A DNA stretch of 64,000 bases from Octopus sinensis (taxonomy: Eukaryota): NCBI RefSeq assembly GCF_006345805.1, contig NC_042997.1:182156001-182220000 (forward strand). Direction: 5' to 3'. Both the position numbers and the translations under genes were made by a program. Positions 24,237 to 38,700 of this stretch are shown piece by piece; position 1 is the stretch's first letter; each line of letters starts with the position of its first letter. Below the pieces are notes generated by a model. It was not told where the DNA came from, searched no databases, and saw nothing but the letters and a program-made list of their open reading frames with translations.

Positions 24237-25899
24237 GTAAATTTAAAGGTTTTTTTAATACTATTTCTCTTCTTGTGTTCTTTTTTCTTTCTTTTCATTT
24301 CAAAATTTGGAAATAATCATATTTTGGAAGCAGAAACTGAATTGTGCAACAGAGATAAAAAATATTTTATTTACATCACTTGATCTCACTGAAAGATATG
24401 TTATACTCCTATGTTACAATATAAATCAGTATTAGAAAAGGCATTCTATTCTAAAGGCAAACTCTAATAACCCCTAAAAATTTAAAATTATCCAACCCAT
24501 ATTACATGAATAAAACATGTCCCAATATTTAAAAAATGTTAATACCATCAAACTGCCATCAACAGAATATGAACATGTGATCCAAGAATCAAACATTATC
24601 AATTTGGACACTTTCTTCATTTTTATAAAGAAAAGGACCTAGCTTTTGGAAAGTTACTTATCATAGACCATTAGATTAGCATTCAGCACAGTAGATGTTT
24701 TTTCACAATTTGTTTTCTGGAGGTTGGTAAAAGGACAAACTATAGAAAATAAAGTATTTATATATCATTTAGTAATACAAACATCTATTGTTTGAAATAC
24801 TAGAATGAATCTATACAAAGAACCATTTTTAACTCTCATTTTAACAAATATGGATTGGTTGTTTTCTCAGTTACATTTAGTATCATTTCAGCAGCAAACT
24901 TTACTGGCATATTCACACTGTTGAAATTCAGTATGGTACCTTTCTACTGTGACATTTTTTTCTTATTCTATTCTGACATGCAGTAACAACTCATTGAATT
25001 TTTTCTTTTCTCTTTTTTTTTTTCTTAGCCATTTTCTTTGAAGTATTATCTTCAACATCTAAATAAAATAGTTGTAGATAACACAAGGGAACATTTTTCT
25101 TTAAAAACTTTTTGTAGTTGTACTTAAAAAACAGGTTCAGGTATGAAAGCTGTTTTTTCTCTGCTGACATAGGTTGGTTGGGTTTGCAACACACTGAATT
25201 TCTAAAATCATTTTAATCTTGCATCATCTTTTCTGTAAAACCCAATATTCTTTGATCTATCTTCATCCATTTTCCCTAAGTCTTACTTGGTCTTCTACAA
25301 GCTACAAATAACTCCAACAAAATTTCTTCACCTAGATTGCATCCTCTGTTTATATGATATATCTCCATAGTAAAACTTGCAATTTCAATACAAACGCTAA
25401 GTACTTTAAAATTATTTAACTACAAAAGATGCTAACCTTATACAGTATCTTAGTTTACTTTTTTCTTACTTCTGTGTTTGTATAATAATTTTTCTTTGAA
25501 AAAGTAGCAGCCTCTTTTGTTTCTCAATATAAAATGGATATGCAATCTGTTTTAAAATCTCAAGTTTCTTGACTAACTTGTGTATATTTCATTGGAACTG
25601 TTATGTATTTGCTTAATTTTTAATTTCTAATTATAAATGTTCTCTATTTTTAATTGGCACACACCAATTCCGTAACAACAAATTAATAATGATGATAAAA
25701 TTCTCCCAAAATTAAGCAATTATCCTCAATAGCTTTTTTATTTAGATTTTTTTTTTTCCATATAGGTACTTACTTTTTTTTCTTGATATGGAAAAATAAT
25801 TCTTTGTAATTCAACAAAAGTTATTATATTACTTTATATTCCTTACTTGTATTGAATTATCTAGTTTATATTGAGACACTTATAGTGTAAGATGATGAC

Positions 25900-26800
25900 A
25901 ATGCTATAGCAGCAATTTACAGTGCAGACACTCCCTTTATCAACTGTTGACTGGAGATCACAACAGTTTTGACACCATATTGGTGCTATACAAGCAATGA
26001 TGTGACCAGGAAATGTCTGGGTCATTTTGGACCATGTTGTAGTATGCTTTTTATCTCTACCATCCATGCAACCACCACACCAAACTGAACACAGCTGTAA
26101 CCACTCCAGCTATGCAGCAATTACTTTACTACTTAGGATTTGTTTTTTACTCTCAGCTTTGGTCTTTCTCTCACTTATATCTACCACATCATTATGATGA
26201 AGTATTTTCTGCTTCTTTTCCCACTTCATGAACATTGTTCTGCCTTTGTCCAATGAGTAGTAGTCATTGTGGATTTTGTTACAAATTTATGATATTCTGC
26301 CTCCATTGAAAGTATCATGCACTGCAATCTTCATGCCACACACAATTCCCCCACACTTCCTTTAGTCCTTCATATCTAAGGCCTGTTTTCTCATGTGACT
26401 ACTCAGTATTGTCGTTGTAAGGTACCATCAGCTTGAAAGGAAATTTTTTTTGATCTTGTCAGATCATGCCATAAAGTCAGAGCATTGTGGCAATATTACT
26501 TCGGGACTTATACCTTCCAGTCATTAATACTATGCAGAAGTCTGAATATTGGCTTTCTTTTGCTTACACTCCTGTGTATCATGCTCCTTGTGGAAAGACA
26601 AGATACAATTTGATGATATTTGCATTAAAACTGTTGCTTGTTGCATTAGTGCATTAACAAGGCTACTCAGTACTTAGTTATGCTACTAGGCATGTCCTGC
26701 AAGGAATGACTTGCATTCTCCAGTGATGCATAAACATCATGCTGATGGCAAATAGGAGGAATTTCAACCTGGCTAGTTTCTATTTTCCCCAGCGCATGCT
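25900..26800 (-). mobile_element. Highly decayed probable RTE LINE remnant
   Basis: Minus-strand QTFPGHII (like RFAGH) followed by SKLL*SP (like SKLLLWQP); otherwise heavily degenerate. Confidence 0.35.
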
Positions 26801-28949
26801 ATGCATGGGCCCAGGAACAGGAGGTGCAGGAAGTGCAAGTGCACCCTTCAAAATTTTGTTGGGTACAAAATCAAAATTTGCACCCCTACCTACTTTTCTC
26901 AGGTTTAGAAAACAGTGAATAAAAAGTGATCTATAAAAAGAAGCTCAAAGGTTTCTTCACAATGAACAAAAATAAATAAATAAAAAATAATAAGACCTTG
27001 TTTGTAAAAATTTTTGGACCTGGGTTTGCACCCCCTATGCAAATTTTGTTCCCCAAGCCAAAGGCTATATGATAGATTCCTTTGTTCTGCTGCTCTTTGG
27101 CTTTCTAACCTTATTTCTTTAGACACCCCCACTCCACTTTAATATGATAATTTATTTCATCATAATGTCTCACTTGCTTTTGTTATTCTAGTGTTCTGCA
27201 CTGCACCTGTTACCTCTCTCATTTCAAAGATGATCTCTAATATAGGAAAGGAGGAAAAACACTGAAACATTAGTATAATGTTCATATACTAATGTGTCAA
27301 AATAACACTAAATTGTACTGAAAATATTTTGTTATACAAACTCAATTTAAATAATGTATACAAGCTGCAGGAGAAGTTACTATACTTATCTAATGTAAAG
27401 TTACTGTCATTTGAACATCATTTGTATTCTAACAGATTATAAGGATTAACTTTGTTATTAATTTCTTAAAACTGCTTGTCCTCTCTTAGATATCAGCCTG
27501 CTAAAGCAGATTTTTTTCTATAAATTTAGCCTGCTTTTTTTTAGTTTTATTAATCTTCAGTTGTTGGTAACTGTTGCTATATACCATGTAGATTAGATCA
27601 TATAAATATTTTACTTTTTGAACAAATAAATTCTCATTCTTTTGTTGATAATATAGGATTAGCTATTCTGTTATATTCCATTCTTAATCATTACACAATA
27701 ACTTGTGTTGCTTCTATTGTGTGGACATTTTTATGCATTCAAATATATATTTTAGCTGTATTTAACAAAGCCACTTCAATACAAATATGGAAATAAAGGA
27801 ACGTAAACAAAAGCAAAACAAGAACAATGATTTGGATTTTTACCTTGTATTTTAATTTTTTTGGATTTAAAACTTCTTATCAAGAAAATGGAGAACAAAC
27901 TAGCTGTGCGTGCTAAACTAATATAACTAAGCAGATTTTTTTGTTTTTTGTTTTTTTCTCAAATGCTAACATTGAAGAAGAAGGGCATGTGCAGAATCAG
28001 TCAATCAGTGTAACTCAGTTCAAGTCTTTGTTGATGGGTGGATTTAATGTATTTATCAGGAGAGTTTCTTTAATCCTTACATTTCCAATATTTCAGCTTG
28101 TAGCTTTGGTAGTAACAGTGATATCCTTATTATAACATCTTTTCAGATTGTTTTTAACAGTGGAAGCATTTGTATAAGTTTAATCTTTAATGTATATGTG
28201 CAGTTTTCAAATGGTGTTACCAATGCAAGATTACCACATTTAATACAAACTATATGGTATTATGTACCATATAGCTGATGGAGCACTTGGCTAACATGCA
28301 AATGATATATTCAGTTTCTCCTTATAGATCACTTGATATTTTACAGCAGCTGTTCTATCATTAAAATATGTTAATTTAAAAAAAAAAAAAAACAAGTTAT
28401 TGTTGTTGAAAATGTGAACCTTCTTTGGGATATTATCAATTCAGTGTCTGGCCAAGGATGCTGGACATTTGTTATTCTTTAACACTTTTTGGAACTTCAT
28501 GGTGTTGGTAGCTCTGTCACTTGCTTTACGGTATCTATGATGTTTATGTAAAATTTTATTTTATACATAGGTAGTCATGGTTCTGGTAAGTAGGGCTGAT
28601 CTGTAGGGTGCAGAAATCTGCAAGTAGCTTTTCTGTTGAAGATGGTATTAATGGATCTCTTCTCTGGGATTTGTAGTTTGAAATCAAAGAGAGAGATCTA
28701 ATCTCATCCATTTCAAAGTCTACGTGTTTATTGCTATTATTGAACATTTTATTTATGTTAATTGCTTCCCTGTATGAAATCAGCTTGAAAATGTCATCTA
28801 CATATCTGGGGAATATAGCACAGATAAATCAGGTGTTACATGCACTAGGCTCTTGCTAGCCCATGTATATAATGGCTATTAAACCTGATAAACTTGATAC
28901 TATAAATAGTCCCGATGTCTGTTTATATATATTTATATGTTGATTGCAA

Positions 28950-29870
28950 TAATGGTTGGGAGTTTATAGATGTCTAAAGATTTAAAGCCAACGCAGAAGT
29001 TGCAAGAAATAATGTAGTCCATTATTAGGTTGACAGCTGGGAGAACAAGTACAGAGGTGTGTAAAGGGAGATGACATCTAAACTAATGGTGTTTCTTATT
29101 ATGTTTAAGTCTAGTGAAGTCAAAATGATTTAGTCTGCTAATAATGTTGTTAGAGTTGGGTTTGTATATTTTAATTAGGTGATACAAGATGGTTAGTCTG
29201 CTATTTCTGGCAGTGAAATTCCACTTAACTTTATTTGAGAATCCTCTGTGGTTACAATTGTCCATCCAACTGGTATTTATAGTTTCCAACTATGTACATG
29301 TCCTGTTGGCAACCATTTTGTATTGTTGCATAATATTCCTTTAGGTGTTTGACTAGAAGCTAGTTGGATGTAATTTTATCTGAAGATGGATATACAAAAT
29401 TCTTAGATTGTAGACTGAGGGTTACAGGGGCCAAGACTGAGCGTTTCTGTAAGATATTGAAGATGCACTGTTTAAGTTTAAAGAGTTTAATGTTGAGTCG
29501 TCTTGGTTGAAGGAGAATTGTTTACTGGGGTAGAAGTTGGTTTTAGAGCTGATATTCATTTTAATTTGTAGACAGTTGTACAAATGTTTGTTTCTGTGCC
29601 CTGTCGAAGTTTATCCTTAAACCATTGGATTAAGATGGATTTGGGACTGAAGCTTAGTAATTTGTAACTGTGGATGAAGAGGATCCAGGTTTGTGACTAG
29701 TGGTTGAAAATGCAATGATGGACAATGTGTCTGTGATGTTGATAGCAGATTTGAATCCAAAAGAATTTGTTTGATTTGCTTTTTGTAATAGGCTGTTCAA
29801 TTTTGGTAGCATTTGTTAATCACATTGGAATAAGTATGATATTACAGTGCTAGGGAGTAGAAAAAGTTTG
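28950..29870 (-). mobile_element. Decayed non-LTR reverse-transcriptase-like remnant
   Basis: Minus-strand fragments (ILLDS..., SYKLLSFSP..ILIQWFKD.LRQ) resemble the LD.S.AFD...KL...W..FL..R.Q region of LINE reverse transcriptases; many disruptions. Confidence 0.35.
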
Positions 29871-31089
29871 AATCATAATTTTGAAATCTCTAAGATCAGC
29901 ATCATTTAACGTCCTTTGTCCATGTTGGCATGGGTTGGATGATTTGACCAGAGCTGGTAAGCTGAGGGGCTGCACCAGACTTCAGTCTGATTTGGCATGG
30001 TTTCTAAGGCTGGATAACCTTCCTGAAACCAACCACTCTAAGAGTGTAATGAATGTTTTTACATGCCACTGGCACAGGTGCCAGTTGTGTGACACCAGTA
30101 TCTGCCACAGCTACAATTTCACTTGGCTTGATGGGTTTTCTACTGAATCACAGCATATTGCTGTGGGTCTTGGTCATTTCTCATTGCCTCCATGAGGCCC
30201 AATGCTCAAATATTTTCTTCTAGTATATGGTGGTGTCATCAGAACTTCTCATCATGAAGTTATGTATGAAACTGAAAGAGCTTTGAAAGGTATTCAAGCA
30301 CAAGCTTTTAGATAGGTGAATGTTTATGATAGTGTTAGGAGTAACACTTCATTTTAAACAAGCACCCAATCTTAGCATATTTTTTCAATAGATTGAATAA
30401 TTTATCATTTTAGTAAAATCATCTCTCTAAAAATTACTAGTGACTTAAACAGCTATAAGGCTTTATGGTTAGTGACAATGCTAATCCAGAGGCCAAATTA
30501 TTTTATTCAGCAAGCTACCAGCATTTCAAATTATATAATTTATGTACATATGTAAACCAAATATATTTTAAAGAAGGAATAGCCATATACCGAACCAACT
30601 GCAGCTGGTACAGCTTGAGGCAAATTAAAGCTATGCACACACACATATGTTGATAATGATAATTGCCTCACATAAAAAAAAATGAATTGAAATCATTATT
30701 GAGACATTTCTACGTCTTTGGATTTAAGTGACAAAAGCTTGTACAACACTTATGCCACTCTCTCAGTCGCCACAGTAGGTTCCAGTGACAAACATTGCAA
30801 GATGACCGGTACTATTTTGACTACAAGTTTTATGTCAGAGTAACTTTCTCCTGGAAGAGCTGCCTTCCCCACAGCTTAGTCAAAAAATAACAGGAGCCTC
30901 CTCTACCCTTAGAAAATCTATTTAACCCATAGACGAGACCCTGATAGGTACTGTCATTTCAGATCAGAAGGGATCTGGAAGTAATGGTATTTAAGGGAGA
31001 CTAGGAAATACACATAGAAGCTAGTGATACCCCAATACCCACAGAATGTACATGCATAGGTACATTTGCTAGTAGGCTGTTATGTGAGG

Positions 31090-31128
<39 letters not shown>

Positions 31129-31662
31129 TATATATATAGATAGATAGATAGATAGATAAATGGATATGTAGGTAAACAGATAGGTACATAGGTAATAAAG
31201 ACAGACAAGTAGACACACACACAGGTGCAAAAACACATATGGAGAACCATCCATACACAGCAGACACATGTACAGTCAGAAACCCATACACAGACACACT
31301 CTAACATACACACACATACAAATACAGAAACACACAAACATGAATATGCAGAATTCATGCATACACACACATACATGCATATATGCATACACACACATGT
31401 ACATATGTGTGCACAAACACATGCATACAACGATACGCACAGACAGACAGAAGGAATGCAGTGCCAATAATGGACAGTCAACATCCATTGAGAAGGTTAC
31501 AAAAGTGACAAAAATTTTGGAAGAAAAATCAAATATAAATAATGAGTGGAAGTTGAACCAGCAAGTGTATTAGATGAGGCAATATGACTCTCCCCAGACA
31601 CAAAATTTGCTTCAACATATGAAGTCACATAATCTTGCAAACCAGATACGAAACCGAAGTAT

Positions 31663-31713
<51 letters not shown>

Positions 31714-33449
31714 GCAAGAAGATGGAATGAACAGGCCTTAATCCAAATCACGACAATTGTTTCTGTACATTGGTATCAGCTGGTAATTGCTGAGTGTTCC
31801 ATGTATTATAGACATTATTGCATCAATATGATCCAACAAAAGCTGTGTGCCAGCATGTCTTCAAGGTGAGTGCTCATAACCCACTCACCTGAAAACCTGC
31901 AGGTACACAGCTACTGCTGGATCATATTAATGCAATCATGTTTATAATACCCAACAATTACCAATTGATGCTAATGCACAGAAACAATTGTAGTGGTTTG
32001 GATCAAAGCTTGTCCATGTCATCTTCTTGTATTGTAACTTGTTTTCTGTGGACCTTAACAGATTTTCACATGTATATCCAGTAAAAGAATTCCTGCTGTA
32101 TGATAGCATATTATAACCAATACCCATAGAGGAGCTTTGCAAGGCATGCTATAAAGTTATTATATTATTTCATGTGTACACACTTTATTCAAACAAATGT
32201 TCCAGTTAATTTGTCCAACCCATGCCAGAATGGAAGACAGACATTGAATGATGATGATGATGAAATGCAAATATATATCAACAAATACTGCATGTTAAGA
32301 GCAACTTAAAGCCTGTTCAAAGTGTCTTACAGGAAACGTACTAGTTCTCCTGAAAAGTATTTGAATGTGAAATTAAATTGATTACAAACAATAATTTCCA
32401 ACGTCTTTCATTTGACAGTTTCTTGATAAAGTGTTGTAAACTAGTGATTAGTGATAGAAGGGACAGTACAGTAGCTTTATTTTCAGATTCAAACCAGTCA
32501 CAAGCATAGTATCCTTCAGTTTACTTAGTATTTAAATGTAGCCTTATTTTTATCATGAAATGGTAAGAAAGTGCCCAGGCCATTTTATGTCCTTGTAGGT
32601 TGAGGTGTTAAAACTACTGGGAGGAGATTAGTGATTTGATATTAGAAAGAAAATCTAGCTGAACATCTTTTCTAGTTAATCACACTGTTGTTGTAATTTA
32701 CAAATGTTTGGAAACAAAAAAGACATAATTGGAGAATAACAACAAAGTCATCTCCTCCACCTACAAAAAATATTTTTTCATAGTTTATATTAGTTTCTTT
32801 AAAACAAAACAAAAAAAGACTATTTCTAAATATTTTTTTTAAATGTCTTCTGTTTAATAATAATTTCATTTATATCATAAAGGTTAACTTTAATAGTCTA
32901 ATGCCTCCAGCAATTTCCATCATGCAAATGAAAGGCAATTATTATAAACATGTGTCTCCTGTGTAACATTCAAGTTATAGAAATGCTTATGTCTCCAAAC
33001 ATCTTTAGGGAATAGGAACATGATAATGTATATTCAGCTAAGCTATTCTCTACTTAAAAGGTTTCTAATCCCTTTTGATATCTCTGTCATCGACAAGGAT
33101 GATCTCATTATTCAACCAAATAGCACTGTTAATGCAGAAAATGAAATGCAGTAGAGTGGCTAAAAGGGACAGTTTTCTCTGAACTTTCTCTAACTCTATA
33201 ACCTTTTGTTAACATTTAGATTTCTCTAATGAAGCAAAATGGCACTTGGAAAGATGGGTGTGTCATTATATCAACAGATATAGTAACAAGCCTTGTCACT
33301 AACTATTATAATAAATAACTGAAGATATCTTAGAAATATTTTCCATTGGGAGTAAAGAATGGAATAAGTTATATTCAGTAACCTTGAATAAAATTATCTT
33401 AACTTTTCCAAAAGCTTTGTTTCTATAATCAATATTTTAATATCAGTGG

Positions 33450-33625
33450 ATGCTTTTCGATGAGGACAGCTGTATAAAGAAGTACCACTCAATGTGGATG
33501 GAACTCGTGGAAAAATGAGACTCAAGAAAACATTGGACAAAGTGAAGTCTAATCTGAAGACCTTGAATCTAATAGAAGGGATGACAAAGGAATGGGTTGA
33601 CTGGCAATTTGCTATTCTTGACAAC
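33450..33625 (+). mobile_element. RTE LINE C-terminal fragment
   Basis: Frameshifted DEDSCIKK...VDGTRGK...KKT(W)DKVKSNLKTLNLIEGMTKEWVDWQFAI, like the RTE tail GRPRKTW...DL..L.L...MT.D...W. Confidence 0.65.
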
Positions 33626-35504
33626 CACTGAGAAACTGAGATTTTGGAATTTTGGAAGAACACTTTGTGTGTATAAATGCACGAGAGCCTCTGCCTAAAT
33701 TTCTCCTTTCAAGACATTCCCAGCACCCATCACCTCTCTAACAGCGCTACTCTATTATTGTAATTAGATGTGAGCAGAACTGCATACTTTAGCTTTTTCT
33801 TGATATCACTTAACCCCACTGTATCCCACCCCTCTTAGTACCCGATAACATTTTACTGTTATCCATCTTTCATTCTTAATCCATCCTCTCTACTCACATT
33901 TTACCACCGTATGTCTCCCTCACTCTCTTATTCATTATGTTTGCCCCACATTTTTACAACATACCTCATTTCCTTCTCTCTTTTTCACTCTACCTCTTTC
34001 TTTTCCTGTCTACTGTATTATCATCATTATTATTATTATCACTTTTCTGTTGCCTTTTTCCCACCCCTTTTCTGCACTGTCAGTCATCTCCTTTCTTCTA
34101 TCTCCCCTCAATTTGTGCAGTGCATCATTGGTAACCCCTTGCCTCTCCCTCAACCTTACCCAATTTCTACAGTTGTCACCTCCTCTTCCCTCCTTATCTC
34201 CCAACACTTGTTCATGATATTCACTCTCTCACCCATTTCCTATTTCTGTCTCTTACTCTCCCATATACTTTCAACCTCTACCCACCCACTTTTCCTGTTC
34301 TCCTATTTTCACTTCTACTTACTTCATATCTTAAGGGTCCACTCTACATCTCATCACCACTTTTATTATGTCTTTTCAATTCTACCCTAACCATTCTCAC
34401 TCTCTCTCTCTCTCCTATAATGTGAATAATTGTGTTGCTCCCCTACAGCAAGAAATTTGTTCTGTTCTTCCTCCTTCTCTCACTTTAACCCCTCTTCCCA
34501 TTATATAAAGCCTCCTCCCTCATGTCCCACTCTTGTAGACTACATGGCAACTTCACTAATGTTGGTTCCTTGAAAAAAGTACCCAGTACACATTGTAAAG
34601 TGGTTGGTATTAGGAAGGGCATCCAGTCATAGAAACCATGCCAAAGTAAACGGAACACAATGCAGTCTTTGGACTGGTTGATTCTGACAAACCATCCAAC
34701 CCATGCCATCCTGGAATATGGACATTAAAGGATAGTGGCTATGAAAGCCATCTGGCTATGGAGACAGTCTTCAAATATTAGTGTTATATGATATTCATGG
34801 TAGGCTGAAGGCTATTCGTCATTAGATAGGAAATTAGATGTCTGGTTTCAATCCTAACAATGTAATCTGTATATATTGTATATCCCAACTAACATTTACA
34901 ATATATTGTTTTTGTTGATATTCATATTTGTGGGTAAGATATTTAAGTTCAGTGCTAGAATGTCAGAGAAACAAGTAAGCCTGCAGTTTATTAATACACT
35001 TAACATTGTGTCTTGCCTGAACTAATGATAAAAGCACAATATGTCAAGCAGAAGCTTCCTCAGTGTCTATTCACTGCTGACATCCATTGAGTATCAGCAA
35101 ATTAAAACTGGTGAACCATAAAAACATTATATATTAAAGCAACTTAATTCTTTTTAAAAAGTATACATCATGAAACTTTAACTTTATGTAATATCTACAT
35201 CATTTGCCTTTGGTTTTTGAGATTTCTATTTATTTTCATTGAAATTATTTAGATTGTTGAAGGAATATGTATTATAACTTATGAAAAAAAACATTAAGTT
35301 GTCATCTGTATCTTCTAATTAAACCTTAACCATATTTATATGTAAAATAATATATAGTTTTCATTAAACATTGTCTGATATATAGTTTTTTATGATGTGT
35401 TGTTTATATATATATATATATATATATAATATGAGGGAATATTATTCCAAACTTACAGGGAAAAATTCAATTCAGAAATACTAAATCAAATTTTACAAAA
35501 TATA

Positions 35505-35858
35505 ATATATATATAAATTAGAAAAAAACCCCACCTTTTATCAATTCAATAATGAAAAATTAAATTATACCATCTAGAATATTACATATTATAGAAAGAT
35601 TAAATATAAGATAAAACATATAACAATGATTAAGTAATGTGCAAAATAATAAATAAAACATATAACCATGAAACACGTGTCATTATTCTACCAAATATAC
35701 ATTTTATTTATTATTTTGTACATTACTTAATCATTGTTATATGTTTTATCTTATATTTAATCTTTCTATAATATGTAATATTCTAGATGGTATAATTTAA
35801 TTTTTCATTATTGAATTGATAAAAGGTGTGTTTTTTTTTTCTAATTTATAGATATATA
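35505..35858. repeat. Near-perfect long palindrome (Penelope-like inverted terminus)
   Basis: Core arms 35532-35658 and 35702-35828 are 127 bp with one mismatch. The 43-nt loop contains CCATGAAACACGTGTC. Confidence 0.92.
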
Positions 35859-35865
35859 TAAATGA

Positions 35866-36046
35866 AAAATGTTTTAAATGTTTTTTAAAGCCAAAATAAT
35901 ACAAGGTATAAAGAAAATTACTAATGCAGGTCAATGGTTAGTACTATTACATGATATTTCACTTTTCAGGATTAAAACATTTGACCTGCATTATCAATTT
36001 TTGTAACTTGCATTATTTAAGCTTTAAAAAGAGTATTTAAAACATA
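35866..36046. repeat. Older imperfect inverted repeat next to the 35.5 kb palindrome
   Basis: tttttaaagc...taatgcaggtcaa / ttgacctgcatta...gctttaaaaa; arms about 65-70 bp. Confidence 0.65.
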
Positions 36047-36474
36047 TATAGTGTGTGTGAAGAGAGACAATCCTCGGGGTCTTTGTAATGCTCTCTCAGA
36101 CTTGTACAATCAATACAGCTGGTGTTCACTCTGAATATCTGCTAGAAAAACATAGTCAAATGAAAATGGGTCTAATTTGAATGCTTGCAATAGAGTGAAC
36201 TAAAGGACTAGGTGTGGTGTTAAAGCAAGTAATGTGTGACCAAGAAAACTTGTCTACTACAGATTAATAGACATAACAATAGCTATGGCAAGAGAGTCAT
36301 TCCTCTTATTTTATCACATCTGAAAGGTGTGGTTTTTACTCCCCTAACACTTTTTGAAATTGAGTTCATTATTGAATGGGATAGTTCAATAGATATTCTC
36401 AACCCTTAACAACTGAATCTAAAGTGAAATGTATTTATGAATAGCATTTGTTATCGTCAATACCCTTATAATAG

Positions 36475-36478
<4 letters not shown>

Positions 36479-36534
<56 letters not shown>
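36479..36534. repeat. Pure (TA)n tract. Other (TA)/(CA)/(GATA) tracts at 545-665, 2884-2925, 3830-3880, 8760-8802, 31090-31160, 31665-31710 and 50125-50155
   Basis: Read directly from the sequence. Confidence 0.95.
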
Positions 36535-36536
<2 letters not shown>

Positions 36537-36744
36537 CTTCTTTTTATTCATTGATTCATTCTAAATTGATCTAAATGTTGATATAACTATAGCTACCCAC
36601 TAAATGTTGTCGAGTAATCTACCTGTACAGATTATGTAACTAATATAGTCTGTGTCTGTATTTTCTGATCTTACATATTAACTTTGTTGTTATGCTGCTA
36701 TATTCATGGCTCTCTTAAAATATATCAGATTTTCCTCTACCTTG

Positions 36745-37040
36745 GTTACTACACCCAATAAATCCCCTGCTACCTGTTCTCATCATTATTTTCATCTTTT
36801 CTTTCACTAGACATTCTACAGCAGGGCCCTCTTCTACTTGATGTTACTCATTTCTAAATCCTCTCAACTTACCTGCTTAAACTATTTGTTACTACACCCA
36901 ATAAGAAATCCCCTGCTACCTGTTCTCATCATCATTTTCATCTTTTCTTTCACTAGACATACATTCTACAACAGGGCCCTCTTCTACTTGATGTTACTCA
37001 TTTCTAAATCCTCTCAACTTACCTGCTTAAACTATTTGTT
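36745..37040 (+). repeat. Tandem duplication (143 + 150 bp units)
   Basis: Unit gttactacacccaat...aaactattt occurs twice; the second has +3 and +4 nt indels; GTT microhomology at the junction. Confidence 0.92.
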
Positions 37041-38700
37041 TCTTATATCAGGCAGGTCATATTTATTTCCTTTTGTTCTAGATACAAGTTTACTACTTCC
37101 AATGAAACAGCATTACACTTTTTGGAGAAAATAGTAATACTACAATGTAGCTATTGTTTTCCATTATTTCTGACAGAAAGTGTGTCTCAATAAACATTAT
37201 TTATTAACAGTGCAGGTTAATACAACACCTTATATGGACAATTATAAAATAAACATATTTGCTTTACCATTAAATGGTTCTTTAGTTTCTTTGGTTTCTG
37301 TCAGAGAAATCAAATTTTTCACATAGACTTTGCAAAATTTGGTAATGCAGTTCCTTGAAAATTATAGTCAAGTTCTATACATCTCTATTAACAAAAATAC
37401 CATTTGATTGTTGAATATTGAAGATACTCTAAAACAGATTACTCAGGTTCTTTTTTTGCTTAATCTAGAATGCTTACTTACTTTTTGAGCATTTGAGTTC
37501 ACACCCATGTTAGTGTATCAACTAAAGAACACAAATGAGGTTGTTAAAAATAATAGTTACAAATTGTTTTTGTACAGCTCTCTGGTAAAATCACAGGATA
37601 TCATTATTATTAAGTTTTGTTAATTTGTAGTTTATGACTAGCAAAATTTAATCCAGATAAATATGGAAAACTGGGCATCTAACTATTAACAAGAGCTATA
37701 CTTCATTAACTCTCCAGTTTTCAGTTATAAATGAAATACAGTTAAAATTTAGTGTATTATATAAGTTAATATATGTTGAATGTCAGTCTTTTAATTTTTT
37801 TTATTAGATATACTTGTTCTTTATGCCTTCAAGTTTTTATTTAATCATATGAGGTTTCTGGAAGATAGTATACAATCGTTATCATGCATAATATTTATTT
37901 GTTGATACAATATATTAAGTTAATGCTATTAACAAACACCCAAAATTATATTTACACAGTCATTGTTTGAAAGTATGTTGGCTACAAATTTTGCATTTAT
38001 CTCTAATCACTTGATTAGAGCTAGAATTATACCGTGCAATTAATTTAAATAGTGAAACTTATTTCGTATCCGTATTACTTGTACAATATAAACTTAATCT
38101 CAAATTTTCTGAGTTTATTATGAATTCTTTTTAGATATACCAAGTATAGCTACTTATTTTTGATTGGATTATAGGAGTTTTCCTCTTGGATTTCATTACT
38201 TTATGATACTGCTTGTTATGTTGCAAAAAGAATACCATATATATAAGAAGCCACAGGTGTAACCATGTGGTTAAGAAATTTGCTTTGCAAATTTGGGGTT
38301 TGGTCCTATTCTGCAGCACCTTTGCCAAATGTCTTCTATTGCTGTAACCTTGGGTTGAGCAATGCTTCATGAATAGAATTTGGTGGATGGAAACCTGTTG
38401 TTTGCATGTGTATGTATAGAATGTGTGTGCATCTGGGTATACCAATGTGCATCTCTTCATGTAAAAAAAAACAGTTTAGTCATTCAATAATAAATAGATA
38501 GCAACAAAATGTCAGTCTGAAGTAAGTACTAGGATTGGTATGATCAAATAAAATCCTTGAAGTTGTTGCTCTAACATGGTCTCAGCCCAAATACTGAAAC
38601 CAGTAGTAGAAAACAATGGAATACTTTCCTTCTTTCATTGAAAATGCAGTTTATGTGATAATAATTTTTAAAAATCAGAATTTACTGAATGAGAGTATTT

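Noticed and set aside
26795-27065. GC-richer patch with repeated GCACCCC motifs, possibly a decayed MITE
   Set aside because: Could not define matching TIRs or a TSD.
31001-31573. Cluster of 70-134 aa ORFs
   Set aside because: Degenerate CA/TG/GATA simple repeats.
33911-34390. 159-aa ORF
   Set aside because: Low-complexity pyrimidine-rich tract with S/L/F/H-biased translation.
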